In this document: piece after piece, positions 12,939 to 23,569 of the stretch
How the letters are laid out: the number at the start of each line of letters is the position of its first letter
How positions within the stretch are numbered: the first letter of the stretch is position 1
DNA from: Mobula hypostoma
Lineage: Eukaryota
Reading direction: 5' to 3'
Length of the DNA stretch: 64,000 bases
Assembly (NCBI RefSeq): GCF_963921235.1
Contig: NC_086097.1
Span: 109,184,001 to 109,248,000, forward strand
The notes under the pieces: generated by a model
Database searches by the model: none
Seen by the model: the letters and a program-made list of their open reading frames with translations, nothing else
Told to the model about the DNA's origin: nothing
Made by a program: the position numbers and the translations under genes

Positions 12939-13159
12939 CGCCTCTTCCTATAGATGCTGCTTGGCCTGCTGCGTTCACCAGCAACTTTGATGTGTGTTGC
13001 TTGAATTTCCAGCATCTGCAGAATTCCTGTTGTTTTCTATTTTCATTTTGTTTCTTTTGCCCTTACAAATTTGTGTTGTGTGTACTACTCTGTTACAATC
13101 AAAGCAGGAAGCTGTCCTCAGCAGCCACAATCGAGATTTTTTTTCCTGATTTACTTGTA

Positions 13160-14420
13160 TAAGAGCATAAGATATAGGAGCAGAATTAGGCCATTTGAGT
13201 CTTCTCCAGCGTTTCATCATGGCTGATCCCTGTATCCCTTCATGCCCTGACCAATCAAGAATCTGTCAACCTCTGCCTTAAATATACATACAGACTTGGC
13301 TTCCGCATCTGCCTGTGCTAAGAATTCCACAGATCCACCACTCTGGCTAAAGAAATTCCTTCTCGTCTCTGTTCTAAAATGACACCCCTCTATCCTGAGG
13401 CTGTGTCCTCTGGTCATAGACTCTCCCACCATATGAAACATCTTTTCCACATCCACTCCATCAAGGACTTTCACCATTCGATAGGTTTCAATTAGGTCAC
13501 CCCTCATTCTTCTGAATTTCCAGTGAATACAGGCCCAGAGCCATCAAACACTCTTCGTATGACAAGCTATTCAATCCTGGAATTATTTTTGTAAACCTCC
13601 TTTGAACCCTCTCCAGTTTCAGCACATCCTTTCTAAGATTAGGATCTCACGTGGTCTGTACACACCAGCTCTGTGGTGAAAAGGCACAACGCCTCTTTCA
13701 CCTCAGACGGTTGAAGAAATTTGGTATGGGCCCCCAAATCCTAAGAACTTTCTACAGGGGCATGACTGAGAACATCCTGACTGGCTACATCATTGTCTGG
13801 TATGGGAACTGCACCTCCCTCAATTGCAGGACTCTGCAGTGTGCGGTGCGTCTGTAGATGTGAACTTCTCACTATTCAGGACATTTACAAAGACGAGTGT
13901 ATAAAAAGGGCCCGAAGGATCATTGGGGACCTGAGTCACCCCAACCACAAACTGTTCCAGCTGCTACCATCCGGGAAACTGTACCGCAGCATAAAAGCCA
14001 GAACCAACAGTTTCCAGGACAGCTTCTTCCACCAGGCCATCAGACTGATTAATTCATGCTGATACAATTGTATTTCTATGTTGTATTGACTGTCCTGTTA
14101 TACATACTATTTATTATAAATTGCACATTGCACATTTAGACAGAGACATAACGTAAAGATTTTTACTCCTCAAGTATATGAAAGATGTAAATAATAAAGT
14201 CAATTCATTCAAACCTGTTCATCATCCTTCAAGTAAGGCTTCACCAGTGCTTTATAAAGTTTCAACATTACATCCTTGCTTTTATATTCTAATCCTCTTG
14301 AAATGAATGCTAACATTGCACTTGCCTTCCTCTCCACAAACTCAACCTGCAAATTAACGTTTAGGGAATCCTGCACAAGGACTCCCAAGTCCCTTCGGGC
14401 CTCAGTTTTTTGTACTTTTA
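13160..14420 (-). mobile_element. CR1 3' fragment interrupted by a Rex1-like insertion
   Basis: ORF 13217-13507 RGDLIETYRMVKVLDGVDVEKMF...TRGHSLRIEG; CR1 resumes at about 14211. Confidence 0.8.
13646..14210 (+). mobile_element. Rex1/Babar-like 3' fragment
   Basis: KAQRLFHLRRLKKFGM...ILTGYIIVWYGNC...SHPNHKLFQLLPSGKLYRSIKARTN..DSFFHQAIRLIN, then an AT-rich 3' UTR. Confidence 0.85.
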
Positions 14421-14854
14421 GTTTATGTGTAGGATGAGTATGTCACTGGCAAAACTTGCATTTATTGCCCATTCTTGAATTTTTCTGGACTCTGGAGGCA
14501 ATTCAGAGTCAATCTTTTTGGTGAATATGGAGTCAAGTACAGACATTTAAAAAACAGATTGAATGCAGTCATCAATGAAACTCCAAATGCCCATCTTAGG
14601 AATGTTACAAAATTAAAATATTCAAACTTTTTAAAAAACTTAGTAATATGATCCCTATTTGCTGTCTAGTCTTTGGTACTGTTACAAAAATATGGCTTTT
14701 GACAATTCCTGAGGATGATGAATTCAAGTTTCTCCACAACATTGACCTCATCAAACAAAATGCTCACAAATGCCTTGTTTTGCTCTTTATCACTTCTTCC
14801 CATTACTCTATGACAATGGTTAGTATAGAAAAATATTTTTGTTTGCTCCAAATG

Positions 14855-15416
14855 TACACTTCTCTCAGTCATTTTCACATCTTGGTACATCCTTTACCTA
14901 CTGAAGTGGCGGCTGAGTGTACGTTCATGATCTTCCGCTGCTGTAGCCCATCCAGAACTAGGTTCGATGTGTTGTGCATTCAGAGACGCTCTTATGCACA
15001 CCGCTGTTATGGTTATTGGAGTGACTGTTGCCTTCCTGTCAGTTTGAACTAGTTTGGCCATTCTCTTCTGCTCTCTCTCTATAACAATGCACTTCCACCC
15101 ACAGAACTGCCACTCACTGGATGTTTTTTCACCGTTGTCTGTAAATTCTAGAGACTGGAGCATGAAACACTCAAGAAATCAGCAGTTTCTGATATACTCA
15201 AACCACCCTGTCTGACACCAACAAGCATTCCATAGTCAAAGTTACTTAGATCACATTTCTTCCTCATTCTGGTGTTTCGTCTGAACAGCATCTGAACCTC
15301 TTGACACTGTCTGCATGCTTTTATGCATTGAGGTGCTGCCACATGATTGGCTGATTAGATATTTGCATTAATGAGCAGGTATGTAAGTTTACCTAATAAA
15401 GTGCCATTGAGTGTAT
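14855..15416 (-). mobile_element. Non-autonomous Tc1-family DNA transposon derivative
   Basis: N-terminal HTH remnants MRKKCDLSNFDYGMLVGVRQGGLSISETAD and KTSSEWQFCG...MAKLVQTDRKATVT; terminal repeat ACCTAATAAAGTG(G)CCA-TGAGTG followed by TA. Confidence 0.8.
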
Positions 15417-15459
15417 ACTGAATACATTTTGCATCTTGTTATGGCTATCTAATCTTGAT

Positions 15460-16625
15460 AAGGTGACAAGAGAGATTGATGAGGGTAGGGCAGTAGATAT
15501 TGTCCACATGGATTTTAGTAAGGCATTTGACAGAATCCCTCATGGAAGGCTAATTCAGAAGATTAAGATGCATGGGCTCTGAGGCGAATTGACTGTTTGG
15601 GTTCAGAACTGGCTTACACATAGAAGACAGAGGACAATGGTTGAAGGGACTTATTTGAGCTGGAGGTCTGTAAGTAGTGGTGTTCTACTGGGACCTCCGA
15701 TGTTTGTGATGTATACAAATGACCTGGGTGGAAACCGCAGATGGGTGGGTTAGTAAATTGTGGATGATATCAAGACTGGAGGAGTTGTGGACAGTGTAGA
15801 AGAGCGGTAAACACTACTGCACGATATAGATCAGTTGCAGATATGGGCTGAGAAATAGCAGATGGAGTTGAACACAGATAAGTGTGAGCGGTTGCAGCTC
15901 GGTAGGGCAAATACACAGAGATGGTAAACTATTAAGGAAAAAATTCCTTAACAGTGTTGCTGAGCAGAGAGATCTTGGGATCCAAGTTCACAGCTCCTTG
16001 AGAGTGGCTACACAGGTCAATATGGTGGTTAAGAAAGTTTTGGAATGCTTGCTTTTATTAATCAAGTTCAAAAGTCAGGAGGTAATGTTGCAACTTCATA
16101 AAACTCTGGTTAGGCCACATATGCAATATTGCATACAGTTCTGATTTCCCCACTATGGAAAGTATGTTGAGGCTTTGGAGAGGGTGCAGAAGAGGTTTAC
16201 CAGGATGCTGTCTAGTTTAGAGGGCATGTGCTATCAGGAGAGGCTGGATAAACTTGGGTTGTTTTCTCTGGAGTGCCGGAGGCTGATGGGAGATCTGACA
16301 GAGGTTTAGAGATTATGAGACGTATAGATAGAGTGGACAGACCAGGGGGCATGCATTGAAAGTGAGAGGGGTTAGTTTCAAAGGGTATGGGAGGGCTAAG
16401 TCCTTTAACTCAGAGTCATGGATGCTTGGAATGTGTGGCCTAGTATGATGGTAGAGCCAAATTCATTGGAGGCTTTTAAGTGACATTTGGATAGGCACAT
16501 GGATGTAAGGAAGATAGAGTAATATGGACGTTGAGTAGGTAGGATGGGATTAGTGTTTGGGTGTTTTTGGTTTGGCACAACATTATGGGCTGAATGGCCT
16601 CTTTCTGCGCTGTACTGCTCTATTG
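15460..16625 (+). mobile_element. Degenerate CR1 RT and 3' UTR
   Basis: MDFSKAFD, EQRDLGIQVHSSL, LHKTLVRPHMQYCIQF and a CR1-type tail. Confidence 0.8.
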
Positions 16626-17844
16626 TTCTAATTTTGATGTTTAATTTCACTGGCATATGCTGTTGTAATCTACCAGTCTGTCCTGCCTGAACCCAAAATG
16701 CCAATTTCCCAAGCTCTGTTTGAAATCTCAATTTCCTGCTCACTTAAACTGAAGTCTGCCCTTTGGGGTTGTTCTTCTTTCACTCAGTTTTACATCTTGA
16801 GCCTGTGTCTTTGCAGCATTGCATCGTCAGTATGAAGGCAACATTTGGGTATTCTGTTCTCTATGGCATGAACTGAACAAACCTGCTCCAATGAATGTGA
16901 CTGGTCATTACAACAGCTGTTCCAGACTGATTTCCTGAGCTTCCTTTGCAATCCAAGGTGCATTCCGCTCCTGATGCTCAACTTAAAGAGATAGTAACTT
17001 TACAGCAAACCTTAGACAGAGATACAGCAATTCAGCCCGTCAACTCCATTTCCACTATGTCTACATTAATCCCATTGTATCCCCTCCACATTTTACATAA
17101 AATGTAATTAACTGGATAAGTGAAGCTCTGATAGATCAAGATAACGCTGATTGCTTGATTGACATTGCTAATCCTGCATCACCACGATAGCTCCAGAAAC
17201 ACCCATTCATGATGCATCAGCTTGCCAAGGCTCCTTGGGCAGCACATGGATGATAGGAAAATAGAGAGCTATGTGGGAGGGAAGGGTTAAATTGACCTTA
17301 GAGTAGATTAAAAGTCAGCACAACATTGTGGGCCAAAGGGCTTGTACTGTGCTGTGATGTTCTATGTTCTAGATGGTTTACATTATAAAGTTTAGAAAGG
17401 GAATAACAATATGCACATTGGGACGTCAACTTCTGCCAAATCACCTCTAAGTGTTTTAATTTGGGAATAAACCTCTCGTCACCGACTGCACCTGGGTTGA
17501 ACTCTTGCCTTTCCAAGCCAATAACATTATGGAAACACATCAGCACAAGTAATTGCACAGATTTGCAAGGCAGTTCCTCACCACCTTCTTTAAGGGAAAC
17601 AAGCGACAAGAATACAAGCCTGCCTTGCCAGTCACACCTACATTTCATGAATAGCTAAAAATAAAAATCCGTTTCCTTCAGATTTCCACAGCACCTTCCT
17701 GTGCTGGTTTCACCACACTTTTAATGTCAATATTTCTGGATCCAATAAAGATTAATCATGACCATTACCTACAGCAGCTAATTATCCTTGTGGTAGTTCA
17801 TCCTGCAGCCAAGCCATTGAAAGGCTGTTCACTTACATTAAGAT

Positions 17845-18275
17845 GTGAATAAGGTTGAAAATTTACAAGGATGTTGCTGGATCTGGAAGACCTGAGTTAT
17901 AAAGAAGATTAGGACTTTGTTCCTTGCGACATCGAAGATTGATGGGAGATTTGATAGAGCTATCCAAAATTATGAGGGGTATAGATAGAGCAAACGCAAG
18001 CAGGCTTTTTCCACTGAGGTTGGGTTGGGACTACAACTAGAAATCATGTGTTAAGTGTGAAAGGTGAAAAGTTTAAGGGAACCGTGAGGGAAAACTTCCT
18101 CACTCAGAGGGTTGTGAAAGTGTGGAACAAGCTGCCAAAGCAAGTGGTGCATGCTAGCTCAATTTTGGCATTTAAGAGAAGTTTGGATAGGTATATGGAT
18201 GGTAGTGGTATAGATGGCTATGGTCCCAGTGCAGGTCAATGGGAGTAGGCAGTTTAAATGGTTTAGTACAGACTA
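17845..18275 (+). mobile_element. Older CR1 3' fragment, outermost layer of the nest (resumes at 23513-23555)
   Basis: VKGEKFKGTVRENFLTQRVVKVWNKLP...AFKRSLDRYMDG; the 3' UTR is split at GACTA. Confidence 0.75.
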
Positions 18276-18825
18276 AGGAGCTGGTGGTAGACCTGAGGAA
18301 AGCTAAGGTACCGGTGACCCCTGTTTCCATCCAGGGGGTCAGTGTGGACATGGTGGAGGATTACAAATACCTGGGGATACAAATTGACAATAAACTAGAC
18401 TGGTCAAAGAACACTGAGGCTGTCTACAAGAAGGGTCAGAGCCGTCTCTATTTCCTGAGAAGACTGAGGTCCTTTAACATCTGCCGGACGATGCTGAGGA
18501 TGTTCTACGAGTCTGTGGTGGCCATTGCTATCATGTTTGCTGTTGTGTGCTGGGGCAGCAGGCTGAGGGTAGCAGACACCAATAGAATCAACAAACTCAT
18601 TCGTAAGGCCAGTGATGTTGTAGGGATGGAACTGGACTCTCTCACGGTGGTGTCTGAAAAGAGGATGCTGTCCAAGTTGCATGCCATCTTGGACAATGTC
18701 TCCCATCCACTACATAATGTACTGGGTGGGCGTAGGAGTACGTTTAGCCAGAGACTCATTCCACTGAGATGCAACACAGAGCGTCATAGGAAGTCATTTC
18801 TGCCTGTGGCCATCAAACTTTACAA
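18271..18825 (+). mobile_element. Rex1/Babar-like 5'-truncated LINE (resumes at 23328-23512)
   Basis: TKELVVDLRK...YKYLGIQIDNKLDWSKNT...KKGQSRLYFLRRLRSF...SFLPVAIKLYN; the 3' part ends in a (ATGACT)n tail. Confidence 0.9.
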
Positions 18826-18939
18826 CATCAAACTGCAATGGATTCAAAGAAGGAAGTCTGAGAGTCGGAGCGGGAGTGCGGAGAAAGACATTTTTGAAAT
18901 TTTCATTTTTTTTCTCCAACGGCGTTCAGAGAGGCAGGA

Positions 18940-18990
18940 CTGCGCAGGCGTGTGACGTCGGGCAGTGCAGCGCGGCAGATTTAAAAGGAA
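18940..18990 (+). promoter_or_regulatory. Putative internal promoter of the CR1 5' UTR
   Basis: TGCGCAGGCG (NRF1-like, 18941-18950), TGACGTC (CRE-like, 18953-18959) and ATTTAAAA (18979-18986) in a CpG-rich leader; motif match only. Confidence 0.4.
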
Positions 18991-19134
18991 CAGAGCCTCA
19001 TACAGCGGGCAGCGGAGTGAGCCGGGAGCAGAGTGAAGGCTTAAGGGCTTCGGCTCAACGGGCTTAGGCGGAAACGGGCAAGGCGAGGAAGGTTTGGTAT
19101 TCATTTTGTGTTGTTATTTGAGGAGAGGTGCAGT

Positions 19135-20070
19135 ATGAGTGTGAGGGCAGTTTGTTGTTCTCGGTGTCGGATGTGGGAGGCCCTGGAGTCTCTAAGCCTC
19201 CCGGACGTCTACATCTGCGCCAAGTGCATCGAGATGCAGCTCCTAAGGGACCGCGTTACGGAACTGGAGCTGCAGCTCGATGACCTTCGTCTGGTCAGGG
19301 AGAGTGAGGAGTTGATAGAGAGGAGTTATAGGCAGGTGGTCACACCGGGGCCACGGGAGGCAGACAAGTGGGTCACGGTTAGGAGGGGGAAGGGGAAGAG
19401 TCAGGTAATAGAGAGTACCCCGGTGGCTGTACCCCTTGACAATAGGTACTCCTGTTTGAGTACTGTTGGGGGGGACAGCTTACCCGGGGGAAGCGACAGT
19501 GGCCGTGCCTCCGGCACAGAGTCCGGCCCTGTAGCTCAGAAGGGTAGGAAAAGGAAGAGGAGGGCAGTTGTGATAGGGGACTCGATAGTAAGGGGGTCAG
19601 ATAGGCGATTCTGTGGACGCAGTCCAGAGACCCGGATGGTAGTTTGCCTCCCTGGTGCCAGGGTCCGGGATACTTCTGATCGTGTTCAAGATATCCTGAA
19701 GTGGGAGGGTGAGGAGCCGGAGGTCATGGTACATATAGGTACCAATGACATAGGTAGGAAAAGGGAAGAGGTCCTGAAAGGAGAATATAGGGAGCTAGGA
19801 AGGGAGTTGAGAAAAAGGACCGCAAAGGTAGTAATCTCGGGATTACTGCCTGTGCCACGTGACAGTGAGAGTAGGAATGCGATGAGGTGGAGGATAAATG
19901 CCTGGCTGAGGGATTGGAGCAGGGGGCAGGGATTCAAGTTTTTGGATCATTGGGATCTCTTTTGGCGCAGGCGTGATCTATACAAAAAGGACAGGTTACA
20001 CTTGAATCCTAGGGGGACCAATATCCTGGCAGGGAGATTAGCGAGGGCTACTGAGGTGACTTTAAACTAG
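19135..20070 (+). CDS. CR1 ORF1 protein: zinc finger, coiled coil and SGNH/GDSL esterase domain (311 aa, uninterrupted)
   Basis: CSRC...CAKC, heptad LRDRVTELELQLDDL, and esterase blocks GDS, PGA, GTND and DxxH (DRLH). Confidence 0.88.
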   Translation: MSVRAVCCSRCRMWEALESLSLPDVYICAKCIEMQLLRDRVTELELQLDDLRLVRESEELIERSYRQVVTPGPREADKWVTVRRGKGKSQVIESTPVAVPLDNRYSCLSTVGGDSLPGGSDSGRASGTESGPVAQKGRKRKRRAVVIGDSIVRGSDRRFCGRSPETRMVVCLPGARVRDTSDRVQDILKWEGEEPEVMVHIGTNDIGRKREEVLKGEYRELGRELRKRTAKVVISGLLPVPRDSESRNAMRWRINAWLRDWSRGQGFKFLDHWDLFWRRRDLYKKDRLHLNPRGTNILAGRLARATEVTLN

Positions 20071-20704
20071 AATGGTTGGGGGGGTGGGAATCAAATTAAA
20101 GAGGCTAGGCAAGAGGAGGTTAGTTCACAACAGGGGGATGGGAACCAGTGCAGAGAGACAGAGGAGTGTAAAATGAGGGTAGAAGCAAAAAGTAGTAAGG
20201 AGAAAAGTAAAAGCGGCAGGCCGACAAATCCAGGGCAAGCATCAAAAAGGACCACTTTTCAACATAATTGTATAAGGGCTAAGAGAGTTGTAAAAGAGCA
20301 CCTGAAGGCTTTGTGTGTCAGTGCAAGGAGCATTTGTAACAAAGTGGATGAATTGAAAGTGCAGATTGTTATTAATGATTATGATATATGTTGGGATCAC
20401 AGACACATGGCTCCAGGGTGACCAAGGATGGGAGCTCAACGTTCAGGGATATTCAATATTCAGGAGGGATAGACATGAAAGAAAAGGAGGTGGGTTGGCT
20501 TTGCTGGTTAAAGATGAGATTAACGCAATAGAAAGGAAGGACATAAGCCGGGAAGATGTGGAATCGATATGGGTAGAGCTGCATAACACTAAGGGGCAGA
20601 AAACGCTGGTGGGAGTTGTGTACAGGCCACCTAACAGTAGTAGTGAGGTCGGAGATGGTATTAAACAGGAAATTAGAAATGTGTGCAATAAAGGAACAGC
20701 AGTT

Positions 20705-20842
20705 CAGTTAGTCCTGACGAAGGGTCTCGGCCTGAAATGTCGACTGCACCTCTTCCTACAGATGCTGCCTGGCCTGCTGCGTTCACCAGCAACTTTGATG
20801 TGTGTTGCTTGAATCTCCAGCATCTGCAGAATTCCTGTTGTT
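20705..20842 (+). mobile_element. 138-bp Penelope 3'-terminal unit inserted in CR1 ORF2
   Basis: 7-bp TSD AGCAGTT (20698-20704, 20843-20849); near-identical to 12897-13033; removal restores [11 protein letters not shown]. Confidence 0.92.
20709..20746 (+). ncRNA. Minimal hammerhead ribozyme motif (ACGU changed to AUGU)
   Basis: AGUC-CUGACGA(20714-20720)-AGGGUCUCGGCCU-GAAA-UGUC-GACU. Confidence 0.7.
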
Positions 20843-23569
20843 AGCAGTTATAATGGGTGACTTCAATCTACATGTAGATTGGGTGAACCAAATTGGTAAA
20901 GGTGCTGAGGAAGAGGATTTCTTGGAATGTATGCGGGATGGTTATGTCGAGGAACCAACTGGAGAGCAGGCTATTCTGGACTGGGTTTTGAGCAATGAGG
21001 AAGGGTTAATTAGCAATCTTGTCGTGAGAGGCCCCTTGGGTAAGAGTGACCATAATATGGTGGAATTCTTCATTAAGATGGAGAGTGACATAGTTAATTC
21101 AGAAACAAAGGTTCTGAACTTAAAGAGGGGTAACTTTGAACGTATGAGACATAAATTAGCTAAGATAGACTGGCAAATGACACTTAAAGGATTGACGGTG
21201 GATATGCAATGGCAAGCATTTAAAGGTTGCATGGATGAACTACAACAATTGTTCATCCCAGTTTGGCAAAAGAATAAATCAAGGAAGGTAGTGCACCCGT
21301 GGCTGACAAGAGAAATTAGGGATAGTATCAATCCCAAAGAAGAAGCATACAAATTAGCCAGAGAAAGTGGCTCACCTGAGGACTGGGAGAAGTTCAGAGT
21401 TCAGCAGAGGAGGACAAAGGGCTTAATTAGGAAGGGGAAAAAAGATTATGAGAGAAAACTGGCAGGGAACATAAAAACTGACTGTAAAAGCTTTTATAGA
21501 TACGTAAAAAGGAAAAGACTAGTAAAGACAAATGTAGGTCCCCTACAGACAGAAACAGGTGAATTGATTATGGGGACCAAGGACATGGCAGACCAATTGA
21601 ATAATTACTCTGGTTCTGTCTTCACTAAGGAGGACATAAATAATCTTCCAGAAATAGTAGGGGACAGAGGGTCCAGTGAGATGGAGGAACTGAGCAAAAT
21701 ACATGTTAGTAGGGAAGTGGTGTTGGGTAAATTGAAGGGATTAAAGGCAGATAAATCCCCAGGGCCAGATGGTCTGCATCCCAGAGTGCTTAAGGAAGTA
21801 GCCCAAGAAATAGTGGATGCATTAGTGATAATTTTTCAAAACTCGTTAGATTCTGGACTAGTTCCTGAGGATTGGAGGGTAGCTACTGTAACCCCACTTT
21901 TTAAAAAAGGAGGGAGAGAGAAACCGGGGAATTATAGACCGGTTAGCCTAACGTCAGTGGTGGGGAAACTGCTGGAGTCAGTTATCAAAGATGTGATAAC
22001 AGCACATTTGGAAAGCGGTGAAATCATCGGACAAAGCCAGCATGGATTTGTGAAAGGAAAATCATGTCTGACGAATCTCATAGAATTTTTTGAGGATGTA
22101 ACTAGTAGAGTGGATAGGGGAGAACCAGTGGATGTAGTATATTTGGATTTTCAAACGGCTTTTGACAAGGTCCCACATAGGAGATTAGTGTGCAAACTTA
22201 AAGCACACGGTATTGGGGGTAAGGTATTGATGTGGATAGAGAATTGGTTAGCAGACAGGAAGCAAAGAGTGGGAATAAACGGGACCTTTTCAGAATGGCA
22301 GGCAGTGACTAGTGGGGTACCGCAAGGCTCAGTGCTGGGACTCCAGTTGTTTACAATATATATTAATGACTTGGATGAGGGAATTAAATGCAGCATCTCC
22401 AAGTCTGCGGATGACACGAAGCTGGGCGGCAGTGCTAGCTGTGAGGAAGATGCTAAGAGGATGCAGGGTGACTTGGATAGGTTGGGTGAGTGGGCAAATT
22501 AATGGCAGATGCAATTTAATGTGGATAAATGTGAAGTTATCCACTTTGGTGGCAAAAATAGGAAAACAGATTATTATCTGAATGGTGGCCGATTAGGAAA
22601 AGGGGAGGTGCAACGAGACCTGGGTGTCATTATACACCAGTCATTGAAAGTGGGCATGCAGGTACAGCAGGCGGTGAAAAAGGCGAATGGTATGCTGGCA
22701 TTTATAGCGAGAGGATTCGAGTACAGGAGCAGGGAACTACTACTGCAGTTGTACAAGGCCTTGGTGAGACCACACCTGGAGTATTGTGTGCAGTTTTGGT
22801 CCCCTAATCTGAGGAAAGACATCCTTGCCATAGAGGGAGTACAAAGAAGGTTCACCAGATTGATTCCTGGGATGGCAGGACTTTCATATGAAGAAAGACT
22901 GGATGAACTGGGCTTGTACTCGTTGGAATTTAGAAGATGGAGGGGGGATCTGATTGAAACATATAAGATCCTAAAAGGATTGGACAGGCTAGATGCAGGA
23001 AGATTGTTCCCGATGTTGGGGAAGTCCAAAACGAGGGGCCACAGTTTGAGGATAGAGGGGAAGCCTTTTAGGACCGAGATTAGGAAAAACTTCTTCACAC
23101 AGAGAGTGGTGAATCTGTGGAATTCTCTGCCACAGGAAACAGTTGAGGCCAGTTCATTGGCTATATTTAAGAGGGAGTTAGATATGGCCCTTGTGGCTAC
23201 GGGGATCAGGGGGTATGGAGGGAAGGCTGGTGCAGGGTTCTGAGTTGGATGATCAGCCATGATCATAATAAATGGCGGTGCAGGCTTGAAGGGTCGAATG
23301 GCCTACCCCTGCACCTATTTTCTATGTAACTCCTCCTTGGAGGGTCAGACACCCTGAGCCAATAGGCTGGTCCTGGACTTACTTCATAATTTACTGGTAT
23401 AATTTACATATTACTATTTAACTATTTATGGTTTTATTACTATTTATTATTTATGGTGCAACTGTAATGAAAACCAATTTCCCCCGGGATCAATAAAGTA
23501 TGACTATGACTAGATGGGCCAAAGGATCTGTTTCTGTGCTGTACTTTTCTATGATCCTACGTCTTACAG

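Larger units (their letters stand above)
12270..13035 (+). mobile_element. Young 5'-truncated Penelope-like element with inverted 5' segment
   Basis: 14-bp TSD TCTATTTTCATTTT (12256-12269, 13036-13049); GIY-YIG C-terminus, pyrimidine-rich 3' UTR and hammerhead motif. Confidence 0.92.
20173..23243 (+). pseudogene. CR1 ORF2 (APE endonuclease and reverse transcriptase), disrupted
   Basis: LKALCVSARSICNKVDEL, GVVYRPP, MGDFN, GKSDHN, RT motifs. Lesions: frameshift near 20387, 138-bp insertion at 20705-20842, FADD changed to SADD, and TCA changed to TAA at 22500-22502 relative to the 35 kb copy. Confidence 0.92.
18835..23327 (+). mobile_element. Full-length young CR1 LINE
   Basis: CpG-rich 5' UTR, ORF1, ORF2 (APE and RT) and 3' UTR ending TTTTCTATG; the flanking Rex1-like sequence rejoins across it. 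Confidence 0.95.

Noticed and set aside
18239..18955. 238-aa ORF as a host gene
   Set aside because: A chimera of CR1 tail, Rex1-like C-terminus and CR1 5' UTR.
22574..23266. 230-aa antisense ORF also present at 6159-6851 and 36603-37295
   Set aside because: A shadow of the CR1 RT frame; its recurrence reflects near-identity of the three young copies.
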